From positions 68,331-132,330 of the forward strand of contig JBHLLU010000003.1 in assembly GCA_048938895.1 (NCBI GenBank): a stretch of 64,000 nucleotides of DNA, written 5' to 3'. Shown here one piece after another: positions 44,400 through 55,003 of this stretch. Origin of the DNA: Promethearchaeota archaeon. Its GTDB lineage: Archaea > Asgardarchaeota > Lokiarchaeia > Sigyniarchaeales > SOKP01. A model generated the notes under the pieces. It did not search any database, was not told where the DNA came from, and was given only the letters and a program-made list of their open reading frames with translations. Position numbers and translations under genes: made by a program. Positions within the stretch are counted from its first letter, which is position 1. The number at the start of each line of letters is the position of its first letter.

Positions 44400-45374
44400 A
44401 TGAACAATCAGCTTTCTATATTAAAGAAGTTTGAAGATTTGTTATACTCAAATACATCTAAAAAGGATAGAATACTCATTAATGTTTTAGGTTATGGTGA
44501 AATGAGTATTGTTTTTGAAATTTTAAATGATGTAAATAATAGTGCCTATAAAAGACTTTCAATTTTCGATGAAGAAAATCAAGTGAAGCGGCATATTCAA
44601 GTTTTTAAAGAATATTTTCGAATATTAAATAAGGAACTAAATATCAAAATCCCCCCTTACAAAATTCATTGGTTCAGAGACAGATCTAACAGCATCAAAT
44701 TTTACTATATTCAACAGAAACTTCCTGCCTTTTCAATAGGGAATAAAGCTATTCATAGTTTAGATAAAAAAGGCATTATGAATTTTGTTTTGTTAATATT
44801 AGAAGAGATGAAAAAAGTTTGGATATTTAATCATTCTCAGGACAAAATAAAGGTGGGTTTAGATGCACAAATCTCTAATTTTGCTATTGACAATTTCAAT
44901 CAAACTAATCCGACTCTGGATGCAAACTCTAATTTGATCTTTCTTGATACAATACCACCCTTTTTTCGAATAAATGGTAAGGAGGCAATGGATCTTGCTC
45001 TCTTATTAAAATCTACTCCTACATTCTTAAAATGGATACTTAAGATTAATTACATACAAAATATCATGAATAATGTGGTAAATAGATATTATGATTTTCG
45101 CACAACTGTAATAGATCTTATTGCAAACTTCTCCAAGGAACAAAGAGCAGATTTAATTCCTGCTTTGATTAAATTAGTCAATAATTTCATAACTCAAGAA
45201 CTTTCAGAGTTAAATATTAAACCTGTAAAATTAAAAGAAATAATAAAATACTACAAATATGATCGACTTATTTGGATCTTATTCCAAAACCTTAGAAGGT
45301 TAGATAGATTTATAATTACAAGATTATTTCGAAAGAAATATGAATTTTTCCTTCCTCCAAGAATTAAAAGATAA
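44400..45374 (+). CDS. DUF6206-like protein (copy 2)
   Basis: LGYGEMSIVF, AYKR, LDAQISNF, FLDT. Confidence 0.65.
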   Translation: MNNQLSILKKFEDLLYSNTSKKDRILINVLGYGEMSIVFEILNDVNNSAYKRLSIFDEENQVKRHIQVFKEYFRILNKELNIKIPPYKIHWFRDRSNSIKFYYIQQKLPAFSIGNKAIHSLDKKGIMNFVLLILEEMKKVWIFNHSQDKIKVGLDAQISNFAIDNFNQTNPTLDANSNLIFLDTIPPFFRINGKEAMDLALLLKSTPTFLKWILKINYIQNIMNNVVNRYYDFRTTVIDLIANFSKEQRADLIPALIKLVNNFITQELSELNIKPVKLKEIIKYYKYDRLIWILFQNLRRLDRFIITRLFRKKYEFFLPPRIKR

Positions 45375-45447
45375 AAATATCTTTTAATAACTCATCAAAA
45401 TTATATTAAAGAGAAAAAAAAAATTTAGAAATTCAATCTGAAGTATT

Positions 45448-45681
45448 CTATCTTGTTGCTGCGCGAATATCCGCGGCAGTAACTCTCTTTCGTTTATCTG
45501 CTTTGCAGACTTTGATTGCTTCCTTAGTTGCAGTGGCAGCACTCGACTCTAAAAAGTCAATTAACTTGTCTAAGGCTTCTGCTGCTACAAGATCGGCTCC
45601 TTCTTTTTTCATTAATCTTCTAATAGGAGCCTTAGCAATATAACCTTCAGATTTCTTTGCTGGAGCTTTCTTTTTAGCCAT
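45448..45681 (-). CDS. Archaeal histone with short Lys-rich N-terminal tail
   Basis: IAKAPIRRLMK..GA..VA...KRKRVTAADI histone fold, preceded by MAKKKAPAKKSEG. Confidence 0.9.
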   Translation of the reverse strand: MAKKKAPAKKSEGYIAKAPIRRLMKKEGADLVAAEALDKLIDFLESSAATATKEAIKVCKADKRKRVTAADIRAATR

Positions 45682-46247
45682 TCTTATTCCTCCACTTTAT
45701 TTTTATGGGATTATTATTTAGATGTTAATTAATAATAACTACGCATTTCTATTATATAAATGTTATGATTCGAATCGATAATCTCTTTCGAGAAAATTTT
45801 CGAATCCTTAAGTTCGAAAATTAGATTGTTTTATTAATATGATATTAATTTCTAATATAATTTTTTTTTTAGTTTTGTCGGAAATAAATGTGTAAAATCT
45901 CAATTTTTCAATTTTTCACTATTATTAATAATTCAATAAATCTTAACGAAAATTGGTTAACCTATTATTAACCATTGTTGAATTTTAGGGTTAACCACAG
46001 ATTAAAAAATTTAAAGTTTCATTTAACAAAATCTTGAAAATAAAACACAAAAAATTTTTTAGATTCTTAAGATATTAAGAATCAGAATAAATGGATTATC
46101 CCATAAACATTGTTTTTCTCTTTCAAAACTTTTTTTTCTATTTTTTTTCTAAAAAATAAAATTAAAATATGAGATCTTAGACTATTTCATTATAGATGAA
46201 AAAATAAATATATTGAGACCTTATCTTCAAGAAACTAATTTACTACC

Positions 46248-47084
46248 ATGAATGAACTAGAAGAATCAGAAATTGAAGAAGCACTGCAATCATTAAATTT
46301 TACTAAAAATGACTCAAAGGTACTACTGACTCTTTGTAAATATAAGATATTAAGCCCTGCAGATATTGCAAAACATTCGGGGGTGGATAGAGCACGAGTA
46401 TATGACTCTTTAAATAGATTAATAGAGAAAGGCTTTATCCAAAAAGAACCGATCAAAAGAGGAGCAAACTACCAAGTGATACCAATTGAACGAATATTTC
46501 GAGTGATACGCGAAGAATATAAACAAAAAATAGAGGATACATTAGTTCTTGAAAAAGTAATTAGTGAACTAGAAATTACAAAAGAAGAAACCGAGCCACG
46601 TGTATGGGCTATAAGTTCAAGATCTAAAATTAGGAAAAAAATAAAAGAACTAATCAATGCTGCCCAGGAACGAATTTTCTTCATTATTACACCAGATTTA
46701 CTTATGGAGGAATTAGGGGGTTATGAGTGGATACTAAGAGAATTGTGGAACAAAAAATTCTCTTCTTCTATCCAAGTAATTATTGCTCTTAAGTATAGTG
46801 ATTATTTAAAAGAAGAAATAAAGAAAATGTTAAAACTATCTATTACAATCCACTCTATTGAGGGTGACAACGTCATTCCTTTTGGCCTATTGATTGCCGA
46901 TAATCAATTTCTGCTAACCACCTTAGATCAAGTAAAAGAAGCTCCTGAATATACTTCAGGCTTATGGTTGGAGAATGGAAATGAAAAACAGATTATAGGG
47001 TACATCCATCTCTTTAAATATTTTATTACCAATTGGTGTAAGCTGATAAAACTAACTCCCAAAAAAATACCAAATAAAAACTGA
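46248..47084 (+). CDS. TrmB family transcriptional regulator
   Basis: SPADIAKHSGVDRARVYDSLNRLIEKGFI wHTH plus PLD-like effector domain. Confidence 0.9.
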   Translation: MNELEESEIEEALQSLNFTKNDSKVLLTLCKYKILSPADIAKHSGVDRARVYDSLNRLIEKGFIQKEPIKRGANYQVIPIERIFRVIREEYKQKIEDTLVLEKVISELEITKEETEPRVWAISSRSKIRKKIKELINAAQERIFFIITPDLLMEELGGYEWILRELWNKKFSSSIQVIIALKYSDYLKEEIKKMLKLSITIHSIEGDNVIPFGLLIADNQFLLTTLDQVKEAPEYTSGLWLENGNEKQIIGYIHLFKYFITNWCKLIKLTPKKIPNKN

Positions 47085-47224
47085 AATTTCGCGATTTAAA
47101 AAAAAAAATAACAAAAATTCTTATCCAAAAATATAAATTTTATCTAAAAAAATAGATATTATAGTATAAATTTGAGACAAAAACACTCATTCTGAGTGAG
47201 GAATATTTTGGGGGATAATACTAT

Positions 47225-47788
47225 ATGTCGTATCGCGGAAAGGTCATAATGTGTGGGGACGCATCAGTAGGTAAATCTACTTTATTGGCACAATATGTAG
47301 ATAACCAATTTAGTGAAAAATATGTCCCAACCATTGGAGCTAATTTTTTAATAAAAGAAATTGATCTAAGTCCGATAATTAATAAACTTGAGATAGATAA
47401 TCCAAATCTAAGAGAAGATATACAAAAAAAAGGATTTAAGCTTTATTTTTGGGATATAGGTGGTCAACAAGACAAATTATTCAGCAATGAATACTATTTT
47501 GTTCAAGCTGTCGGTGCTTTTATAATTTTTGATATTTTAAATAGAGAATCATTCGAGAATGTCAATTTCTGGCTTCAAAAGGTAAAAGAACTGAGTGGAG
47601 AAATCCCAATTATTATTCTTGGCAATAAAATAGATAGGATCAACGAAAGAACTGTTTCCTTTGAGGAAGCTAAAAAAATGGCTAGTGATTTTGGGCTGGA
47701 GTGTATTGAGACCTCCGCAAAAACAAATGAAAATGTTGATGAAGCTTTTGAGAGGTTGGCAATTTTAATCTTAAATAATCTAAGATAA
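47225..47788 (+). CDS. Rab-like small GTPase (no prenylation tail)
   Basis: GDASVGKS, PTIG, WDIGGQ, GNKID, ETSAK. Confidence 0.92.
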   Translation: MSYRGKVIMCGDASVGKSTLLAQYVDNQFSEKYVPTIGANFLIKEIDLSPIINKLEIDNPNLREDIQKKGFKLYFWDIGGQQDKLFSNEYYFVQAVGAFIIFDILNRESFENVNFWLQKVKELSGEIPIIILGNKIDRINERTVSFEEAKKMASDFGLECIETSAKTNENVDEAFERLAILILNNLR

Positions 47789-47874
47789 ATTCTAAATAAT
47801 CTTAAATATTTAATTTTATTTTTGTCTTTAAGAACATCTGTTATATGTTGAGATTATTTCGTTATCTAAATATT

Positions 47875-48612
47875 ATGAGTATTTTATTAATCCCTGTTGC
47901 TCCTTTATCAAGAACGAAATCTCGTCTTAAAGATTGTTTTTCAGCTGAACAACTTGGGGATTTAACTATTGCTATGGTTAAAGACCTTAGTGCGACTTTA
48001 ACTAATGTGAACTGTTTTGAACATAAAATCGTGTATTGTCAGACTCCAGAAATTTTAGAAATTGCAGAAAGTTATGGGTTAATCGGTATTAAAGAGAAAG
48101 AAATAAATAAATCTAAATCTTTTGATGAGGTGATAAACCACCTTAATAGTATAGCAATAAAAGAATATAAAGCACTTCAAACAACTATTGCTTTTTCAGA
48201 TCTAATTTTAATAAATGCTCGAAATTTTTATGAAATCGATTCTCTCATTAAGGAGAATCAATTAGTAGTATGCCCTGCTATTCATTCCGCAGGTATTTCA
48301 ATTCTAAGCAGAAATCCCCCCGATATTATTCCCTCCTCTTTTTCAGACCCAGAAACTCCGTCTTTAATCGCTTTAATCAACAATGCGAACAATAAGGGTA
48401 TTAAAAAATTAGTAATATACGATTCCTTTAGAGCTGGTTTTGACGTAGACATAAAGCAAGATTTAGTTCTGGCTTATGAGTATTTAAAAATCTTTAATTT
48501 AAAGAACACCGAAGTCTATAAATTCTTAAAGAAAAGTTTAAAATATTCTTTAAAGAAATTAAACGCAAATAATAATCGAACTTTTAACTTGATTAATAGA
48601 AAGAATAATTAA
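47875..48612 (+). CDS. cofC: CofC-like guanylyltransferase (F420 biosynthesis)
   Basis: LIPV.....KSRL, AM.KD, SDL, FDVD...DL. Confidence 0.7.
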   Translation: MSILLIPVAPLSRTKSRLKDCFSAEQLGDLTIAMVKDLSATLTNVNCFEHKIVYCQTPEILEIAESYGLIGIKEKEINKSKSFDEVINHLNSIAIKEYKALQTTIAFSDLILINARNFYEIDSLIKENQLVVCPAIHSAGISILSRNPPDIIPSSFSDPETPSLIALINNANNKGIKKLVIYDSFRAGFDVDIKQDLVLAYEYLKIFNLKNTEVYKFLKKSLKYSLKKLNANNNRTFNLINRKNN

Positions 48613-49841
48613 AATGTAAAAACTATGTTCAGTTTGACCTTTTCTCCTAAAATTTCTTCTGCTATAGTTTGAAATTCCTCTCTTTCATCTTTTAAAGCAT
48701 TCAAATATCTTGTATAGTCTTTATTTTTCCGTTCATAATCATTTGTAAGATGTTCGAGCTTCACTGTATTAACTGATATTTCATTCTTCAATTCCTCTAA
48801 AAGATCGGCTAATCCCGCAGCTTTTATCTTATCTTCAATTGATTTAATTTCTTCTTTTAAATGCAAATATTCTTCAAGATTGGTTTGGAGTATTTTCTCA
48901 TCAAAGATCATGTTTATATGGTCAACAGTTTTTTGCTTTGTATCTGTTTTAAGATTTAACTTATTTTCTTCCAGAGCGTGCCTTAATTGAACCATTAGAC
49001 CAGTAAATTTTGGTAAATCTTTTCTCTCTGAAGAAAGCATTCTAATTGGATTTTTAAGAAAATCCCTTAAATAATTCATATCTATATTAGGAACATGAAT
49101 AGTTTCCTTTTCTAATTCAAATTTAAATTTCTTTAAAGCTTTCTTAAAACCTATTTCATCATTAATTTTTAACTGAAGTTTAAATAATTTATCCTGTTGT
49201 GCATCTAACTCTTTAAAGAGATCATTTTGCTCTAATTTTATTAGTTCTGAATTTAGTTCTTCCTGCTTGTTTTTTCTTTCTTCTAACTCCATTTCAAATT
49301 TATCTAAATCTGCTTTCGCATGCTCAATATTTTCTTTTAGTGAAAATATTTTTGGTAATTTTTTTAAAAGATATTCGGCATCCTTGACTTCACTATATTT
49401 CTTTCTAAGAAATGAATCTAATTCACCCTGATTTTTACCTAATTTTCGAGTTATATAATTTAATTCTTTTATTTGAGGTTGTACTTCTTTTTGAAATTTA
49501 GGCAATGACTTTCTGGCTATCTCATTAATACTTGTAAATAATTTTTTAATCGCGTTTAATAAATCTAAAGTATTATCATAAGTAATCTCTTCTTCAGGAA
49601 TCACAATTTCGTCTATTTCTTTTCTAATTCGATCTGAGAAGAAATTTAGCGATTTTTGGGACTTCTGATCAATTTTTTCTCTTCCTTCTTCTAAGAAATG
49701 ATCCAGACATACCTTAATTTCTATTAAATTATCTCTGATGTCAAATATTAATTTTTTTAAGGCTCTCTTTATTTTTGAATAAATAGAATTTATCTTATCT
49801 TCATAAAATTCCTCGAAATCCTCTAAATTTTTTTCAACCAT
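48609..49841 (-). CDS. Coiled-coil hypothetical protein
   Basis: 410 aa, K/E/L-rich and helical. Confidence 0.75.
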   Translation of the reverse strand: MVEKNLEDFEEFYEDKINSIYSKIKRALKKLIFDIRDNLIEIKVCLDHFLEEGREKIDQKSQKSLNFFSDRIRKEIDEIVIPEEEITYDNTLDLLNAIKKLFTSINEIARKSLPKFQKEVQPQIKELNYITRKLGKNQGELDSFLRKKYSEVKDAEYLLKKLPKIFSLKENIEHAKADLDKFEMELEERKNKQEELNSELIKLEQNDLFKELDAQQDKLFKLQLKINDEIGFKKALKKFKFELEKETIHVPNIDMNYLRDFLKNPIRMLSSERKDLPKFTGLMVQLRHALEENKLNLKTDTKQKTVDHINMIFDEKILQTNLEEYLHLKEEIKSIEDKIKAAGLADLLEELKNEISVNTVKLEHLTNDYERKNKDYTRYLNALKDEREEFQTIAEEILGEKVKLNIVFTF

Positions 49842-49859
49842 TTTGCACTCTAATTAGAT

Positions 49860-51149
49860 TTAATTTACTGGTTTAATAATCTTTCTGCCATTCATATATT
49901 TTTGAAGTACTTTTGGAATAGTTATTGAATGGTCTTCATTTTGATAATTCTCTAATATACAACATATAGTACGGGATGTAGCTATTGCTGTCGAATTTAA
50001 TGTGTGTAAAATTTCTTTGGGTTGATCACTACCAACTAAACCCATTCTAATTTTTAATTTTCTGGCTTGATAATCTAAACAATTTGTACAAGATACCAAT
50101 TCTCGATATGTTTCAGAGGCAGGGAACCATACTTCTAAATCATATTTCTTTGCAGCATTGTCATTTAATTCTCCAGATGCAATATTTGTAATCCTATAAG
50201 GAAGTTCTAATTCTTTAAAAATCTCTTCCGAATTTGCTAAAAGTTCTTCATGGTATTGCCATGAATCTTCAGGTTTACAAAAAATAAATTGTTCTACTTT
50301 TTCAAATCGATGGACTCTAAAGATACCTAGAGTATCTTTTCCATGTGAACCGGCTTCTCTTCTAAAGCAAGAAGAAATACCTGCATATTTTAATGGTAGA
50401 CTTTCTGGAGAGATTACTTCATCATAATGATAAGCTGCTAATGTTTGTTCAGAGGTAGCAATCATATAAAGATCTTCTCCTTCGATTTTATAAAGAGACT
50501 CTTCAAAATCAGCTAACTCCGCGGCAGCTTTCATAACTTCGTACTTTGTAAAGAAAGGCGTCCACATTGGGATAAAACCTTTACTAGTAAGCTTATCTAA
50601 CGCAAATTGTAATAAAGCTAGGTTTAGATAAACTATATCTCCTTTAAGATAATAAAATCTCGATCCTACGATTTCTGAGGCTTTTTGAGTGTCTGCGCCC
50701 TCAATTATTGAAATTAAATCAACATGTGAGAGGGGATTAAAATTAAATTTAGGAATATTACCAACTACTCTAATAATTTCGTTATCCTCTTCAGTTTTAC
50801 CAATAGGAACAGAACTATGCAGAATATTTCCAATCATATATCGAAATTTTTCTCGCTGATCAAATAATTCTGCTCTATCCTTTTCTAATACCTCAATTTC
50901 TGTCTTGATTTCTTTAGATTTTGCTATTGCTTCTTCTGCTTTTTGCTTTTCTCCTTTTTTTCTAAATTCACCAATTAAAGCAGATATATCATTTCGTTCT
51001 TTCCTTAGATCTTGTAATTTTTGTAATACTTCTCGCCATTTTACATCATATTTTAAGACTTTTTCAGCATTTACGGGATCCTTGAATCTTTTCTTCTCTG
51101 ATTCAATAATTTTTTCCAGATTACTTCGAAACAATTCTATATCAAGCAT
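49860..51149 (-). CDS. serS: Serine--tRNA ligase
   Basis: ATSEQ, FRREAGSHGKDT.GIFRVH.FEKVEQF, ELVSCTNC, HTLNST. Confidence 0.97.
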   Translation of the reverse strand: MLDIELFRSNLEKIIESEKKRFKDPVNAEKVLKYDVKWREVLQKLQDLRKERNDISALIGEFRKKGEKQKAEEAIAKSKEIKTEIEVLEKDRAELFDQREKFRYMIGNILHSSVPIGKTEEDNEIIRVVGNIPKFNFNPLSHVDLISIIEGADTQKASEIVGSRFYYLKGDIVYLNLALLQFALDKLTSKGFIPMWTPFFTKYEVMKAAAELADFEESLYKIEGEDLYMIATSEQTLAAYHYDEVISPESLPLKYAGISSCFRREAGSHGKDTLGIFRVHRFEKVEQFIFCKPEDSWQYHEELLANSEEIFKELELPYRITNIASGELNDNAAKKYDLEVWFPASETYRELVSCTNCLDYQARKLKIRMGLVGSDQPKEILHTLNSTAIATSRTICCILENYQNEDHSITIPKVLQKYMNGRKIIKPVN

Positions 51150-51183
51150 TTTTAAACCCCAAATCGTTGTAGGACTTCAAAAT

Positions 51184-51369
51184 TTAATCATGATGTATCC
51201 TATCTGTAATAGTAGAACGAGCTAAAGCGGTTTTAACCTTTCTTTTATCATAACCAACAGTTTCAATAATCTTCATGATCTTTATTCTTCTTGCTTTACC
51301 TTTCAAACCTTCTTCTGCCATAAATTCCTTAGCAAATTCTTCTCTTTTTGATTCTTCTTGTTCTGCCAT
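51184..51369 (-). CDS. Small conserved-looking hypothetical protein
   Basis: 61 aa from ATG 51369 (MAEQEESKREEFAKEFMAEEGLKGK). Confidence 0.65.
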   Translation of the reverse strand: MAEQEESKREEFAKEFMAEEGLKGKARRIKIMKIIETVGYDKRKVKTALARSTITDRIHHD

Positions 51370-51425
51370 AAATTTTAGTAATGAACTTTTAATAAAAAAT
51401 TTCACGTGTTTGATATTTATTCTCT

Positions 51426-52187
51426 CTATCTTTTATGGCAAATAACTATTTGATAGTTTGATTTTGAATTAAAAATTTCCTTTTTTGAGGAACCATATTT
51501 ATAATCAATTATGAAACCATTGTAATGAAGCAGAGCATCTAACTCTTGTGGAAAGAGCATTCTTAATTTAACTTCTCTAATGATTTCCTTGTTCTCAAAA
51601 CTATAGTAAAATTTCACGTGATTAATTTGAGTTTTATTATCATAAACATTGCTAGTGAAAACTCTTACCATCCCCTCTCCATCTGGATTTGGGTATTCTC
51701 TTTCAAATCTTTGTAAAGGGTCTCTTAGAAGTATTTCAAGATTAGGATTGAACGTATCAAAGATAAATCTTCCATTTTTTTTTAGATGAGTTTTTATACA
51801 AGACAAACAATTTTTTAAGTTTTGATTGTCTAGAATCCAATTTATAGCAACACCGGGCATAATAATTGTAGAGAATTTTTGATCTAGATGAAAATTTGCC
51901 ATATCCCCTTTAACCCAGTCAATATTTAAATTTTCACTTTTAGATTTCTTAATCGCGTGCTCTAGCATTATTTCTGAGAAATCTAATCCCATAATCGATA
52001 TTCCTTCTTTTGCGATAGGAATTGTAATTAAACCTGTACCGCACGCTAATTCAAGAACTGGTTCCCCATATTTTTGAGCTTGCTCTAAATAAAAAGTAAC
52101 TCGATTATTTATTAGACCTCTAGCATGAGCTTCGTTATCATAATGTTGCCCACTGATGTATAGATATTCATCATCCCTTTCCTTCAA
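51426..52187 (-). CDS. Class I SAM-dependent methyltransferase
   Basis: VLELACGTG, GLDFS, GDM, G.FIFD. Confidence 0.9.
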   Translation of the reverse strand: MKERDDEYLYISGQHYDNEAHARGLINNRVTFYLEQAQKYGEPVLELACGTGLITIPIAKEGISIMGLDFSEIMLEHAIKKSKSENLNIDWVKGDMANFHLDQKFSTIIMPGVAINWILDNQNLKNCLSCIKTHLKKNGRFIFDTFNPNLEILLRDPLQRFEREYPNPDGEGMVRVFTSNVYDNKTQINHVKFYYSFENKEIIREVKLRMLFPQELDALLHYNGFIIDYKYGSSKKEIFNSKSNYQIVICHKR

Positions 52188-52452
52188 AAAAACCTACCCT
52201 CCATTTGCGAATTTCTTAAAAATAAGCTAAAATATTAATTAAACTTAAGACAAATTGCTTAAAAAGATCTTCTTTGAAAAAATAATGTTTGAAATGTACA
52301 ATACTAAATGAATTCGCTTATCATTATTGAAATTATGAAATCTAATCAGAAAAAATAAATTGTAGCCATAATTTCATAAACCAATAAGATTTAAAGTTTA
52401 ATTTCAAATCAACTAAAAATTTTTGGTGAAGTTTTACAAAAAGGTGAAGTAA

Positions 52453-54465
52453 TTGTCTGAGAAACAGACCACGGATGAACCAAGAATCGGAGTTTATGTA
52501 TGTAGATGAGGGGTTAATATAGGAGCTGCTGTTGATTGCGATGCTGTCAGAGATTATGTAGAAAAAAATGCTGGGAAGAATAATGTTGTTGTTTCGCGAG
52601 TTAATGATTTCACATGCTCAGATCCAGGCCAAAACATTATTAAAAACGACATACTCGACTTAAATCTAAATAGAGTAGTAGTTGCTGCTTGTACACCAAA
52701 GATCCACGAACCAACCTATAGAGCAGTTTTAGCAGAAGCAGGAATAAGTCCCTATTACTTTCAAATGGTCAATCTTCGTGAACATTGCTCTTTTGTACAT
52801 GCTAAGGACAGACAAGGCGCAACAGAAAAAGCTATAAGGCTTGTTCAGGCAGGCATTAATCGTGCTCGAGAATTGGAAACAATACCAAGAAAAGAAATTC
52901 CAGTAGAGAAAGCAGTATTAGTCGTAGGCGCAGGAATTGCTGGAATGAATGCAGCTTTAGATTTAGCAAATCAAGGAATTCCTGTCTATCTAGTGGAAAA
53001 GGAAGCAACCATTGGTGGGAAAATGGCACAATTAGATAGGATATATCCAACTGACGATTGTGGAATATGAGTTTTAGCGCCAATAATGGTAAACGCTTCA
53101 AAACATCCAAATATAAATCTTTTTACTTACAGTGATGTTGTAGAATTTAAGGGCATTCCAGGAGATTATCATGTAAAAATTAGAAAAAATGCTCGATATG
53201 TTGACCCAAAGAAATGTACTGGATGTGGTTTATGCACAACTAAATGTCCTGTTAAAGTTCCTAGCGAGTTTGACAGAGGTATTGGTGAAAGAACTGCAAT
53301 TTATATCCCATTTCCGCAAGCAGTACCAAAATTAGCTGTTATGGATAAGAGTGTGTGTATAGAATGTAAAAATTGTGAGCGCACATGTCCAGCTGAAGCA
53401 ATTGATTTCGAACAAGAGACTGAATATGTCGAAGTAAAGGTGGGGGCAGCAATTATCGCAACAGGATGGGACGAATATCCGATATGGGAATCAAATGAAT
53501 ATAATTATGGATATTATCCTGATGTGATTACCCAAATAGAACTTGAAAGAATGTTAAGCCCGATAGGGCCTACTGGAGGTCATGTTTATAGAGTATCTAA
53601 TGGTGAAACACCGAAAACGATTATAATGATTCAATGTGTAGGATCCCGAGATATCAATGCCAATCCATACTGTTCATTTGTATGTTGTAATGTAGCACTT
53701 AAGAATGCTCAATTACTAAAACAAGAATATCCTGATCTGGATGTCATTCTGTTTTATATTGATATTCGTACCACAGACAAAGGAAATGAAGAATATTACA
53801 GAAAAATAAGAGAAACGGGGATTAGAATGATTAGAGGAAAAGTCGGCGAAATTATAGAGGATAAAAAAACAAATAAGCTGAAAGTTAGAGCATTTTCGTC
53901 TTTAACTGGAGAGATTGTAAAAATTGATGCTGATTTAGTAGTTCTATCGACGGGAATGATTCCTTCGAAAGGAACCGAAGAGATTATTGAAATTATGGGA
54001 TTAAGTAAAGGTCCGGGAGGTTTTCTTTCTGAAATTCATGGGTGTTTGAGCCCACAAGAAACAAAAGATGTCGGAATATATATTGCTGGGTGTGCTTCTG
54101 GGCCAAAAAACATTCCTTACTCAGTTTCCTCAGCTCTAGCTGCGGCTAGTAAGGCATCGACACTTCTTTCTCATGATACTTATAATCAAGAATTAATCAT
54201 TGCTGAAGTAGATGAAGATTTGTGTATGGGGTGTCATAGGTGCGAGAAATTATGTTCTTACGATGCTATTAAGGTCAATGAGTACGAAATCGCTGTTGTT
54301 GATGACTTAAAATGTAAGGGTTGTGGTGTGTGTATCTCTTCATGCCCTGCAAAAGCTATTGACTTAAAATATTATCGAGAAGAGCAATTTACCCAAGAAA
54401 TAAAAGGAATCGGCTGTAGTGAAGCGGTATCAATTGAAAATATTACTGAGACCATAAAAGATTAA
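52453..54465 (+). CDS. hdrA: Heterodisulfide reductase subunit A-like selenoprotein (two in-frame UGA), 670 aa
   Basis: AGGTGA SD then TTG 52453. RIGVYVCR-UGA(52507)-GVNIG and PTDDCGI-UGA(53068)-VLAPIM both fall at conserved Cys positions. Has GAGIAG FAD motif and ferredoxin motifs. Joins track ORFs 52765 and 53086. Confidence 0.93.
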
Positions 54466-54486
54466 ATAAATTAAAGGTTAGTAATA

Positions 54487-54915
54487 ATGACTGATAAAAA
54501 AGGTAATAGTTCAAGAAGAATTATAGCTTTTGGATGCGACAAATGAGGTTATTCTGTAGCTGATTTAACAGGGGTGACAAGAAGATCTTATTCAACAGAT
54601 TTTTACCTCATTAGAGTGAGATGTACGGGACGAATAGGAATTCACTTGATTATGGAAGCCTTATTAAATGGTGCTGACGGTGTTGCAATAATTTCTTGAA
54701 AAGTGGGGGAATGTGAATTCGGAAATGGAAATACTAACACATTTGAACATATCCTTACTTTAAAGAAATTGTTAAAGCATGAAGGCATATCTGAGCAAAG
54801 AGTTCAACAGTATTTTTGTTCAGCGGCAGAAGTTGAAAAATTTATTAACTCCGTTGAAGATATTTCCACAAAAATTCATGCCCTCCCTCCTCTACCAAAG
54901 AATATTCCGAAATAG
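54487..54915 (+). CDS. mvhD: MvhD/VhuD [2Fe-2S] subunit selenoprotein (two in-frame UGA), 142 aa
   Basis: IIAFGCDK-UGA(54544)-GYSVAD, IRVRCTGR, GADGVAIIS-UGA(54697)-KVGECEFGNGN, SAAE. Confidence 0.92.
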
Positions 54916-54916
54916 A

Positions 54917-54969
54917 ATGATCTTTTCAAAAAAATTATAGTTGAAAAGAAACTAACCCATTGCTTGGGT
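54917..54969 (+). promoter_or_regulatory. Candidate SECIS-like hairpin(s) 3' of mvhD
   Basis: ATGA, then a 9 bp stem TCTTTTCAA/TTGAAAAGA with an A-rich loop, then ACCCA/TGGGT hairpin. A canonical 3' GA core is not clearly formed. Confidence 0.4.
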
Positions 54970-55003
54970 CTTCGGAAAAATTTGAATTTAAATAAGTATT
55001 AGA

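Noticed and set aside
52765-54915. hdrA/mvhD as fragmented pseudogenes or separate small genes
   Set aside because: All breaks are in-frame TGA at conserved Cys positions.
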